64,000 nt of DNA from Squalus acanthias. Taxonomy: Eukaryota. Made by a program: the position numbers and the translations under genes. The notes under the pieces were generated by a model that searched no databases, was not told where the DNA came from, and saw nothing but the letters and a program-made list of their open reading frames with translations. Below, piece after piece: positions 1 to 11,487 of this stretch; the stretch's first letter is position 1, and every line of letters begins with the position of its first letter. Location: the NCBI GenBank assembly GCA_030390025.1, contig CM059432.1, positions 89,096,001 to 89,160,000 of the forward strand. The letters run 5' to 3'.

Positions 1-850
1 CCTGCCATCTATTACATCAGCATCGGTGTCCTTGAAACCATCTCAACTTGGTTCTCAGAATCCCACTGCAATCAACCCCAACACCAGCAGCCAGGCACAC
101 CAGCAGCACCAGGCACACCAGCAGCACCACCAACACAACACCAACCTTCTCCGCAATCAACTGATGCTGCAAAGGATAGAGGGCATCAGCACCCGACCAC
201 ATTGCTGCCTGGGACGCCAGGGATGGCCTCACCATGGCCAGATTTACTTCACTTGATGCTGTACACCCTGGCTGCCACATGATGCACCAGGTTGGCACCA
301 CCCCACACCAACACCAGAAAGCAGCTCTACAATGCCCAAGCCATTCCTTTCACACTCAGCACCATTGCGGGGGGTACCGTTATGTCTCACCATTCACTGC
401 AACTCACTAAGTCACTTCCAAAGGTGTGCACAAATCTGTCCAAGAATGCAAAGTGTTGAAAATAAAGGTTTCAATTTTTGACAGCACATTAACAGAAACT
501 TCACATGAACATTGGCTAAAACACACAAGTGCCTACCCTTGTGTGTTGTTAGTTGGTATGATTGGACAAGAATGAGGGTGAGTGTGAGGGGTGGCTAGTG
601 AGATGGGGAAGTGATAATGTAGATAGAGAGGGATGGGTGGAGGTGCAAGGTAAGTTGGTGTGAGTAAGGATGTGCAGGAGTAGGATAGGGTAGGCAGAGT
701 GATGGGTATGTGATGAGTGGCACAGCAGGATGAGGTTGAGTGTGGCTTTGCAGTAACATTTCGTGATCTACTGAGATTATTGGAAGGTTTGCGCCACTAC
801 AGCCTGGTCCTCATGATGACATCCCTACTTCTGCCCTCCTGTGCAATTCC
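1..850. mobile_element. Degenerate PIF/Harbinger fragment (internally deleted transposase on +, Myb/SANT exon 1 remnant on -)
   Basis: Gln/His-rich N-terminal stretch is joined directly to the transposase C-terminal motif HIAAWDARDGLTMARF (~200-250). The minus strand ~755-830 resembles Myb exon 1 of the other Harbingers in the window. Confidence 0.6.
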
Positions 851-920
851 CAATTTTTACCCCTCTGAGTATAAGTGGCTGGCTAGACCAGTTCAGAGGT
901 TATTAAGCATTAAACACATA

Positions 921-1755
921 GGGCTGGATTTTATGAATGGAGAAATTTTGGAGGCGGGACTGCTGCTTGCCTGGTTTCAGTCCAGCCTCCATCAGCCTCT
1001 GGCCAATCAGCGGGATCTTCCCCTGATTGACCTTGTTAAGCCCGTCCGGCGGGCTCAGCAGGCCAATTAGGGGGAAGTCAGTGACAGAGCACGTCAACGT
1101 ATGACGTGTCACCTTTTTGAAAGAAGAATGTCATCATTTGACAGCTCTGTGAAGCTGTCAAACACTGACATTCTGTGTAGATTGATGAGTTCTTGTGCTC
1201 AGGACTCATCAAACCTTTCTACTTTGTAGAAATCAGATGACTATTGGATCGGAGGATCCAACAGCCGGTCTGTGAACTCTACAAAGGAGATGTCGGGACT
1301 CCGGCTTCACAGTGGCTGAAGGCTGTAGGCAGAAACAAAGGGAAGTTAACATTTTCTAACACTTTACACTCACCTCACATACTTACCACTCCACACTTGC
1401 ACCCATCACTCAACTCTACATCGCACTTTCAGACCCCTCCGACCCCCGCAGACCTCCTTCTCGGCTCTTACACCCTGGTGGGGTTCCCCCAGGTCGGGAA
1501 GCCCGCACTTCGGAACGAAAAATGGGGATAATCCTATTTTCTGCCTGTTAACTACCTGTTAACAGGCAGTTAATAGGCTTTAATCCCTTCCCGCCTCCAA
1601 GGAGACGGGACCCGGGGCAGGACGGCTTCCAGCCTCCTGGCAAGAGGGCATGGAGGTGGGTTGGGGGCGGGTTTGCCACCCTCCCCCAAATTCTGCGACT
1701 TTCCCGGCAGTCCCGCCTCTATACCCGCCTCCTCGGGGCTGAGAAAATCCAGCCC
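921..1755. mobile_element. Non-autonomous Harbinger MITE
   Basis: TIR GGGCTGGATTTT...AAAATCCAGCCC; 3-bp TSD ATA/ATA; homologous, in inverted orientation, to 9347-10190. Confidence 0.85.
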
Positions 1756-1851
1756 ATATTGTAGGACTGGAATCACATGTAGGCCAAACTGGGTGGGGGT
1801 GACATGTTCCCTTCCCTGAAGGGCATTAGTGAACAATTTGTAGTAATCCAT

Positions 1852-2745
1852 GGGGTAAAAATTCACTTGGTTGCGCCACCCGTTAGCGCCTTAAGAGGGC
1901 GCTAATGGGGCGCAAAGCCGCTAACGCCCGGGCGCAGCGATGTTTGCGCCGCTCGAGAACTTAACTTGAGATTGTGCGGCGGCGCTAAAACTTACCGCTG
2001 CGACCACCTGCGCGCGCAGATTGTGACGTCATTCCATGGTGCAACGCCCTTGGGGCGCCCCGTAGCGGAAATTGAGTGGCGCCCCCTGCCTTACCGCCTG
2101 GCGCTTCCAACGACCAGAAGACTGGAACGCTATCAATCGCTGTGGGGCTGGGGGGGGGCGCTATTTAAAGGGCGCCTCTTCCTGTCTTTTATTGTTGGTG
2201 GCATTTTTGAACTACGCATTCTGAGAGAGAGAGGGAGAGACTTCTGGAGAGATTCAACGTTGTGTGAAGGAGTTTTGGGTCCTGAGCAGCACTTTGCAGG
2301 TTCATTTTGATTTGCCATTCCTTGTATCGATTTAGCAGAGACCGTGGGAGCTGCACTCTGAGCTCTTTGCTTGGTGCTCTCCATTGTTCTTTCCAGCACA
2401 TTTGATGTGCAAGTCTCTCCAGGCCGAGATTCAAGGCAGCAATGAACAGGATGTGGATGGAAAGCAAGATTAACCATCCCCTTTAAGAACTGGCCCGTGC
2501 CATTGTGTGTGTGTTCCATTGCTGACTGACATTACATGAGCTTCGCCAGCGCTCCGAGTTAGCGCCTCACTGCTCGGCCTTTGCGCCTTAAGAGAGGTGT
2601 GCAGCGCCTGCTTTAGCGCTCCACTCACCTCCCGGGGCGGTAAAAGTGAAGTTTCCCGTCAGTGCCGATAATTAGCGCCAGGCGCTAATATTTGCGTCCG
2701 GACGATATTTGCGCCCCAAATGGGGTGCGACCTAATTTCTACCCC
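1852..2745. mobile_element. Harbinger deletion derivative (family of 30101-34655)
   Basis: TIR GGGGTAAAAATT...AATTTCTACCCC; TSD CAT/CAT; both halves match the ends of 30101-34655. Confidence 0.88.
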
Positions 2746-3607
2746 CATGGCTTTTAATAATCATTTCTTTGGTGCTATCCCACAAATTAGCAGATTTATT
2801 GAATTCAATTTCACAACTTGCCATGGTGGGATTTGAACCCTTTGGGGGCGATTTTCCCAACCCCGAGAAGGTGGGTTTGGAGGCGGGACAGTTGGGAAAA
2901 TCACAAAAAGTGACGGTGGGTTCGGAACTCGCCCCCAACCCGCCTCCGCGCAATTTTGCCGGAGGTGGGTTTCATGGGTGCGATTCGGTCCCGCCTCCAT
3001 CAGTCGGGAGAGGTAGTTAAGACCCTTAAATAGTGGTTAAGGGCCTCTATAATCCTATTTTGCCAGGCCTTTGTTATTTTATCACATTTTCAGCATGTCG
3101 CACGACCCTCCTAAACCACACCAGTTAATCCTGGCGAGTTGACAAGTGGGTGGCCTCCTCACAGCTGCAGCTGCACCATTAAAACAGCTTTCAACAGGGA
3201 TCAGTTGCAGGTGGCAGAACTTTAGTTCCACAGGTCTGTCAGCACTTTTAGCAGGCCTACCAAAGTCGGAGGTGCTGCAGCTTCTATCTCTCAACTGTGG
3301 GACCTCCTTGGAGGACCCTCTCCCCGCTTGGACTGAGTGCTTCCACAACGGAGGTATCTGCCAGCAGCATGGGAACCATTTATTTCCTTTCATCATGGAC
3401 CTCAGATTCAGATGAGGAGCATCCACGGCAGCAGCAGAATCAGGCAGCTCAGCAGCAACAGCAGCAGGAGCCCCAACCTCCTGCTCACCCACCTGATGCT
3501 GCACAGGGCAGAAGGCGCCAGCGCATGGAAGCACGTCACCGCAGGAGATACCCGCCTCTCAGGGTTTACAAAAGTGAGAAGTCACACAACACCAGGTTAT
3601 AGTCCAA

Positions 3608-4500
3608 GGGGGAGAAATTCAGTATCGCCCCATTTGGGGCGCAATTATCGGCCGGGTGCAAAGATTAGCGCCTGGCGCTAATTATCGCCACCGACTGCAA
3701 ACTTGACTTTTATCGCCCCTGGAGGTGATTGGAGTGCTGAATCAGGCGCTTCACACCTGTCTTAAGGCACAAAGGCCGAGGAGCGAGGCGCTACCTCAGA
3801 GCGCTGGCGAAGCTCATGTAATGTCAGTCAGCAATGGAACACACACACAATGGCACGGGCCAGTTCTTAAAGGGGATGGTTAATCTCACTTTCCATCCAC
3901 ATCCTGCTAATTGCAGCCTTGAATCTCGGCCTGGAGAGACCTGCACATCAAATCTGCTGGAAAGAACAATGGAGAGTACCAGGCAAAGAGCTCAGAGTGC
4001 AGCCCCCACAGTCTCATCTAAATCGATACAAGGAATGGCAAATCAAAATGAACCTGCAAAGTGCTGCTCAGTACCCAAAACTCCTTCACACAACGTTGAA
4101 TCTCTCCAGAAGTCTCTCTCTCTCTCTCTCAGAATGCGTAGTTCAAAAATGGCACCAACAATAAAAGGCAGGAAGCGGTCACCTTTAAATAGCGCTCCCC
4201 CTTTCCCTTCATGACTGCAGAACGCTCCCCTCAACCTGTCGTTGCTAGCGTCAGGCGGTAAGGCAGGGGGCGCCACTCAATATCCGCTCCGGGGCGATAC
4301 CGGGGCGTTGCGCACTCGACTGACGTCACGATCTGCCGGCGCAGGAGATCGTGGCGGTAGTGTTTAGCGCCGCCGCAAAATGTCTAGTTAATTTCATGAG
4401 CGGCGCAAACTTCGCCGTGCCTGGGCGCTGGATGCTTTGCGCCCCATTAGCGCCCTCTTAAGGCACTAACGGGAGGCGCAACCAACTGAATTTTTCCCCC
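3608..4500. mobile_element. Harbinger deletion derivative, inverted sister copy of 1852-2745
   Basis: TIR GGGGGAGAAATT...AATTTTTCCCCC; TSD CAA/CAA; inserted in one arm of the Penelope palindrome. Confidence 0.9.
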
Positions 4501-4557
4501 CAACAGTTTTATTTGAAATCACAAGCTTTTGGAGTGGCTGCTCCTTCGTCAGGTGAC

Positions 4558-4597
4558 TTCACCTGACGACGGAGCAGCCGCTCCGAAAGCTTGTGAT
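4558..4597 (+). ncRNA. Minimal type I hammerhead ribozyme motif (Penelope-associated)
   Basis: CTGACGA (4563-4569), stem II GGAGC-AGCC-GCTCC, GAAA (4585-4588), then a palindromic AAGCTT. The copy on the other strand has GAAA changed to AAAA. Confidence 0.6.
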
Positions 4598-5669
4598 TTC
4601 AAATAAAACTATTGGACTATAACCTGGTGTTGTGTGACTTCTCACTTTTGTCCACCCCAGTCCAACACCGGCATCTCCGCATCAGGGTTTACAGACAGAG
4701 GATGAGCTACCTCAACATGAGTGAGCAGCAGTGCCAAAGGAGGCTGAGAGTTTCGCGAGAGGTTGTCGGAGACATCTGCGCACTGCTGCAACCAAACCTG
4801 GAGCCCAGAGGAGTGGGTGATTAGCAAATGGCTCAGTACATAGCCTCTTCCTCCTCCTCGGAGGAGGAGGACCGAGCAGTGGCGTATCTAACAGCAGCAG
4901 CGGCAGCACGCGAGCACATTGCTGGCCATGATGCAAGGGATGAACTAATCCTGGCCAGATTTGCATAGGTTGCCCATTGTGGCACATGTGCTTGGCTCCT
5001 CCTTAACACATGATAGACAATGGACATGACTCTCTGGCCTCCTTTCACTCTGACCACAAATCTGACCACGCAAGTGTCGCGGAGCCCACAATGTGGAGTT
5101 GCCTAAGCCGAAATAACAGATGCCATCACGCCAACAGTTTGCCATCACCTAATTTTAATACATTCACACAGGGATGGCATTTCATCAATAAACAGAAACA
5201 ATCACCCAATCTGCACACAGATCTGGAGGTTATATCCCTTGCCAGCTGGACCCACACAGCCTTGGTTTCTTTGGGAGGCCTCTTCCTCTCAGATGAGAGG
5301 AAGAGCACCTCCCTGCTAGCTCTCGCCCCCTCAACCAGGATACTCAGCGCCTCATCCGAGAACCTCGGGGAGGCCCTTGCCTTGGAGCTGGCCATTCTTC
5401 AATGAGATAAAAGTTTGGAGGTAGCACAGCATCGACCAAAATCCAGTGGAATGAGCCAAGGCAGCAAGCAGCCCTAAATGAAGCTGGATAAGTGACGTCA
5501 GCAGAGGCGAGTTTCAGTCCCAAAACACTAATTGGCCCAGGGGAACCCACACCTCTGAAATCAACTGGCCAATTAGGGGAAAATCGCAAATTTTTCCCAC
5601 CTCTCAGTGGAGGCGGGTTTGAACCTGCCCAAACCGAAACCCGCCTCCATTGGGAAAATCACTCCCTTT

Positions 5670-6138
5670 GTGTCAGCTGTGGCTCAGTGGGTAGCACACT
5701 CGACTCTGAGTCAGAACGTTGTGGGTTCAAGTCCCACTCCAGGGACTTGAGCCCATAAAGCTAGGCTGATACTCCAGTGCAGTGCTGAGGGAGTGCTACA
5801 CTGTTGGAGGTGCCATCTTTGGGATGAAATGTTAAACTGAGGCCCCGTCTGCTCTCTCAGGTGGACGTAAAGGATCCCAAGGCACTATTTTGAAGAAGAG
5901 CAGGGGAGTTATCCCCGGTGTCCTGGCCAATATTTATCCCTCAATCCACATAACAAAAAACAGATTATCTGATCATTATCAGATTGCTGTTTGTGGGAGC
6001 TTGCTGTGTGCAAATTGGCTGCCGCGTTTCCTACATTACAACAGTGACTACACTCCAAAAGTACTTCATTGGCTGTAAAGCGCTTTGAGATGTCCAGTGG
6101 TCGTGAAAGGCACTATATAAGTGCAAGTCTTTCTTTCT
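5670..6138 (+). mobile_element. tRNA-derived DeuSINE (SacSINE1-like)
   Basis: A box TGGCTCAGTGG and B box GGTTCAAGTCC; Deu domain TGTGGGAGCTTGCTGTGTGCAAATTGGCTGCC; L2-like 3' tail. Confidence 0.85.
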
Positions 6139-6260
6139 TAGCATCTGGTTTGCTAATTTAGTGCCATAAACACTAGGCTACTGTATGATAGCAAAAAGAA
6201 TGTGCTACAGGGAAGAATTTCCATGGATCATATTACCCTGTCCTGATTCAAACAGCTTGT

Positions 6261-7248
6261 GGGGGCAATTTTCGCTGAATACTTTAGACGCACAAGAGCC
6301 TCCGAATTGGCCAAGGTGGGGACTTAAGCTGTAACGTCGGTTTAGCCTGTGTTTAGCGTAAGACACCAGTTTGGTAAAGGAGTTGAAGCTTGCGCTAAGA
6401 ACAGCTTCCCAGTTAAACAGTTGATTGCCACTTAAAATGCCTGCTACCACTCATTAAAGAGGATGCATGGCATTTTGATGGCTAGTTCTTCAACTAAGTA
6501 ACAGCTGTTTGGCAGTAAACACGGCGTTGATTTCAATTTCAAGCGCTACTTAAAGGGATATTCATCAGTTCATGTTCATTGCTGCTGGAGCTGTGAAGAG
6601 GACCTCTGAAACACATTGGGAGACTTTCTGGGATACTTTTTCAAGACTTCACCAACACTCGAGCAACATTTATTCTGGAAATCGTTTGAAGACTTCACCT
6701 AAGTGTTGTGCTACTCCACCTTATTGGACACCTTATGGAAGTCACCAGGAGAAAGCAAGTGCTTGGTCATCGGCACCTTGCTAGGGATCCTTCTTGGTCT
6801 GAATGAGGAATGGGAGGAGGACATGAGGCCAGGCAGGGCAGCACCAGCTGCTGCAGGAGAGAGGGACAGGAGGGCGAGGTGGCCTCCTTCCACCTGTGGG
6901 TACAAGACATCCGACCTCCAGTGCCATATCCTAGAACCTGTGCACCCTCTCCCTCGGTCCCTGAGCCATCCTGCAACGTGCCGCTGTATGCCAGCCAGAG
7001 CACTCCACACCTTCAGTGGAAGTGGGTGCGAGGAGCCCACATATACTGCTCCACAAAAATTGCATCTAGTCAGCACTTGAGTGCTAAACCTGCAGGTTTC
7101 TGGTTTAGCACCTCCAGGCATGTTCAAGTTATAGTAATCAGTAATTAGGACCAAAATTGTGTGCTAAATCCAGACTTTCAAACAGGCATGTCTTATTAGC
7201 ACTGCACCATTTAGCAGCTGATTTAACCCTTCTGCCAAAATAATCCCC
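6261..7248. mobile_element. Old Harbinger-derived non-autonomous element
   Basis: Degenerate TIR GGGGGCAATTTT...AAAATAATCCCC; internal sequence resembles a transposase leader and N-terminus. Confidence 0.4.
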
Positions 7249-9346
7249 TTTATGTTTAAAGGCAAAATTTGTGTATTGAAAGAACATGTGGAGTGGAATG
7301 GATGGTGGACAATTGCAAAAGAAATCTTTACCTGAATATCAACAGGTGCAATTCTCTGGGAAGGAGGATCTCAAAGGTGTTGGCCCTGAGGAAGTTGAAG
7401 CAATGCGGTAAGGAACTGGTACATACCATATTAATCATATATTATTGATTTGCACCATATGTTACATCAGCCAGTCCAAACACACTAATTGTGTGGAATG
7501 CTTAATAGTTCATCTTATGACAGTACAATACTCAAATGGATAAATGTGCTTATGCACTCATATTTCTTGGACGTTCTCCATTCATTATAGCAGACAAAGT
7601 CATAGGGGGGTTCAAGACTTTGCCTGGGGATAAATGTAATGTATTGAGAAATTTCTAGCCAATGATTTCCTATCTGCTCCAGTCACAGAGCAAGAAGAAG
7701 CAGATGTTCCTCAGAATGTACTGCACATATACTAAAACTTTGTGGCTGTTACATAATGACTTGGATGAGAAAGTAAAGGGTGAAGTACAGGGCACTGGTG
7801 ATAAAAGAGCTGCTAACAGATGAGCACCCATCAGGTGCAGGGAAAACCTCTGCCTGGCTGACTGCCTGGAGATACAATCCTTAGTGGATCAGATTTCTAA
7901 CAAAGGATGTTGTAACACACGTTGAGAATTCACTTGCTTCTAAACATACAGCAGTAAAAGATGGTATGGCTAGCTTGAGCAAATGGCTGTCTGCTTCCTG
8001 TTCAAAGTGCATTGCATTCTGCCAGTCAATCACAATTGCACTGGTAATCTTAGTCATGTAAGAAAAGACACAATAGCAGGATAATTTCTCGTTAATCCTC
8101 ACACGTATACCATGGATGTTTTGGGCCCAAACACTGAGAAGCAGTCAAGGCTTTGAATAAAAGCACTTACTTACTCTTTGAGAAGCGTGCATTGAAGTTA
8201 TTATATTCTGGTGGAAGTCATAACATTTGCACATTGCTGGTGTAATAGCTCTTCCTGTTATGGTATGCCATAGGATTTCTGACAAATGCACAAATTACAA
8301 AATCTATATGATCATTGATGCCCTGTAACTTGGGAAGACTGCAATTTGAAAGAGAAAAACTACCTTGCTGGAATTGTGTGCAGAAAATGGCTCACTATTG
8401 TTAAGTCCCTTGTGGATGCCTGTGTCATAAATGGTAATTTTCACTACCACAGTGTGGATGGTTTATTGTTCTTGCAGGTCTTTATGGAAATAGTGTACAA
8501 AGAAAAATATGGCCTTATTTAGGCACTTGAAGCTATTCATGCCCCTTGTTTGAAACCCAATTTCAATTTCCCTGTATTTTTAACTTTGATTATGACAATA
8601 ACTGCAACTCTTTGAATGACGAAACAGACACCCAAATCTTGTACAATAGGTATCCTTTTGCATTGTTCAGATGCAAGAATAGTGTCATAATCACAGTACT
8701 GTGATTGTGTGGATGGTATTAATAATTGCAGTATTACTGGTTGTTGCAATGGAAAATGTGCATCCGAACTAAGTACATAAACTATTTGAAATACTGTGAC
8801 CATACTATGTGGTTTGATACAAATTATCAATGTTATTTATAACACTCATTAAGATTTTTATTGTTATAAAGCATTCATCTCTACAGAAATAATAAACACC
8901 CACAAAAGCAGTGAATGTTTCTTTAAAATTAGCAAAAAAAAGGCATGCTACATCAAGTTCAGTCATGAAGAAGTGTGGTGTGGGTATTGCAGTTTGTGTC
9001 CCATGACATATAGGATAAGCCACAACACAACCATGGTCAACAAATGAGGTAAGAGATAGTATCAAGCAAAAAAAAGGGCTTACACAAATGTAAGGGAAAG
9101 TGGAAATCCAGCAGCTTAGAAGAGCTATAAAAAGCAACAAAGGGATATAAAGAAAGTAATAAGTGGTGCAAAAAGAGAATATGAAAAAAAAAACTTGTAA
9201 GGGATATCAAAGCTAATAGCAAAAGTATTTCTAACTATATTAATAGAAAGAGAGTGGTAAAGAGGAATGTGAGCTTATTAACAACAGATGCAGGTGAGAC
9301 TATAATGGACAATAAGGAAATGGGAGGTTTGGTAAATAAATACTTT

Positions 9347-10190
9347 GGGCTGGATTTTCATTGACCCGTGGAGTCGGGTTTGGAGGCGTGTGGGGGGTTA
9401 AAGTTGCAGATTCGGGGGTCCCGACTCCATCCCGCCCCCAACCCGCCTCCATGCCAGTTTCGCTGGAGGCGGGTACCCGACCTGTGCTGGGACCCGCCTC
9501 CCCGAGGCGGGAAGGGGATTAGTGGCAATAAACTGCCTGTTAACAGGTAGTTAACAGGCAGTTTTTTGCCTAATCCCTATTTTGATGCGTGAAATGTGGG
9601 CTTCCCGACAGGTGCCAACCACGCCAAGTTAACGAGGCGGACCGTGGGTCTGCAGGGGTTGGAGGGGTTGATATGCCCGGTGGGCAGGTGAGTGATGAAT
9701 GCATGTGTGCAGAGGTAAGTGTGTAAGGTAAGTGTAAAGTGTGGAAAAAAGTTTTACTTACCTTAACTTCCTCCTTCAGGTGTCAGCCCTTCAGGTCTCG
9801 GGAGTCAGAAATCTCACCGGCACAGAAAACAGAAAGGCCGTGGACCTGTCAAAAACTGCAGCCTCTGTTTTCTGTGCTGGAATGATTTCGAACTCAGCCT
9901 GAGAGGAAGGACTCAAGTTAGAAGACAGATTGTCAGTGTTTGACAGCTTCACAGAGCTGTCAAACGCTGATATTTCATCTGTCAAAAGCTCTTGACAGAT
10001 GAAATGTCAATCTGTGACATCACCTGTTGCTGGGTGGCCCTTAATTGGCCTGCTGAGCTCGCTGGGCGGGTTCAACAAGGTCAATCAAGGGAAAATGCAG
10101 TGGGTTGGCCACAAGTCCATGGAGGTGGGACTACAACCCAAAAAGTGGGAGTCCCGCCTCCATCACGTCCCCAGTATCAAAATCCAGCCC
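9347..10190. mobile_element. Non-autonomous Harbinger MITE inserted in CR1
   Basis: TIR GGGCTGGATTTT...AAAATCCAGCCC; TSD TTT/TTT. Confidence 0.9.
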
Positions 10191-11487
10191 TTTGTGTCCA
10201 TTTTCACTGCAGAGAGGGAGGACAAAACACCAGCAGTAAAAGGGAACCTAAAAATAAGTCACGAGGTGAGACTTGGTCAAAAAAATATGTAATGGAGAAA
10301 ATAATGGGACTTAAGACAGACAAATCTCCAGGATCTGGTGGTTTCCACCCCAGAGTATTAAAAGAAATAGGTAAAGTAATTGAAGATGTGTTAAAAATAA
10401 TTTTCCAAAGCACTCTAGATTTAAGAATTGTACCTTTTCGGATTGGAAAATTGTAAATGTTATTCCATAAATTAAGAAAGGAGGCAGGAAGAAAGCAGGT
10501 ATCTACCAACCTATTCATTTAACATCCGTTGTGGGGGACTTACTCAAATCTATCATCAGGGAGGGAGAGACTGATCAGCTGGACAAATATGAGCTTATCA
10601 AAGAGAGTCAGCATGGATTTGTAAAGGGAAGGTCATGTTTGAATAATCTAGTTGAATTTTTTGAGGAGGTAACTAGCATTGTGGATAATGGAGTGTCTAT
10701 GGATGTTGTCTATATTGATCCAGAAGGTATTTGATAAGGTTCTGCACAAGAAATTATTAGCAAAAATGAAAACGCAAGGAATTTTCATTTGTGGTGTGAG
10801 TTGGCAACTGGTTGAGAGATAGGAGACAGAGAGTAGGGATAAAGGGAACGTTCTCCAATTGGTGGGATATGACAAGTGGTGTTCCCAAGGGATCTGCTCT
10901 GGAGCCTCAGCTTTGCATCATATATATCAATAACTTGGATGAAGGAGTTGTATATTCGAGTTTGCAAATGTCACTAAGTGAAAAGGCACAGTTGTGTAGA
11001 TGGGAGAAGGAAGTTACAAAGGGACTTAGACTCAACGAGATCAATTTTGATTTTTGAGCAGCTGACCAGCAGAGCACACTGGCCAGCCACCCATTCTGAC
11101 GGCGATGAGACGGCCGCGATTTGAGGCCCTGGCATCATTTGAACTTGGCAGGCAAGAAGCGGACCATCAGGTGTCCTGATAGTTCTCGCCACTCTTTGGC
11201 CTCAAGAATATCAGGCGGCTGGGACACTGGCAGAGGTCCACAGATAGGTGGGCGGGGGGGTGGCGGCAGACATGATGCCGAGGCGGGGTGAGGCCGGGCT
11301 GGCAGTGGCCCGCAGTATTTTTGTGGAGCCAGGATGAGAACTCCTGTACCTTCCAGCTCTAAAATAAATCATTAAAAAATGTTTTTCTGGCCATTACCTG
11401 ATCGGAACGTCAGTACACATGGGCGGAGTGTTTGCGTCGCAAATTCTGCCCACTTATCCTTTAAAATTGCAATCAGGGTCCAACTAC

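Larger units (their letters stand above)
3571..4681. mobile_element. Penelope-like element remnant (inverted pseudo-LTR palindrome)
   Basis: The two arms are inverted about CAGGTGACTTCACCTG (~4550-4565). A 12-bp direct repeat TCAGGGTTTACA flanks it (3559-3570, 4682-4693). It carries a hammerhead motif. Confidence 0.75.
2844..5666 (+). mobile_element. Internally deleted Harbinger element with nested insertions
   Basis: TIR GGGGGCGATTTTCCCA vs rc GGGAGTGATTTTCCCA; TSD TTT/TTT. Transposase N-terminus MGTIYFLSSW...YPPLRVY|RQRMSYLNMSEQQCQRRLR. Myb exon 1 on - (MASSKARASPRFSDEAL, from 5395). Confidence 0.85.

Noticed and set aside
5675..5745. tRNA gene
   Set aside because: The A/B boxes belong to a SINE head continuing into a Deu domain; the same applies to 58170-58244.
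7820..7855. Walker A-like HPSGAGKT
   Set aside because: It lacks the first Gly, sits in a short frame bounded by stops, and has no Walker B; probably chance.
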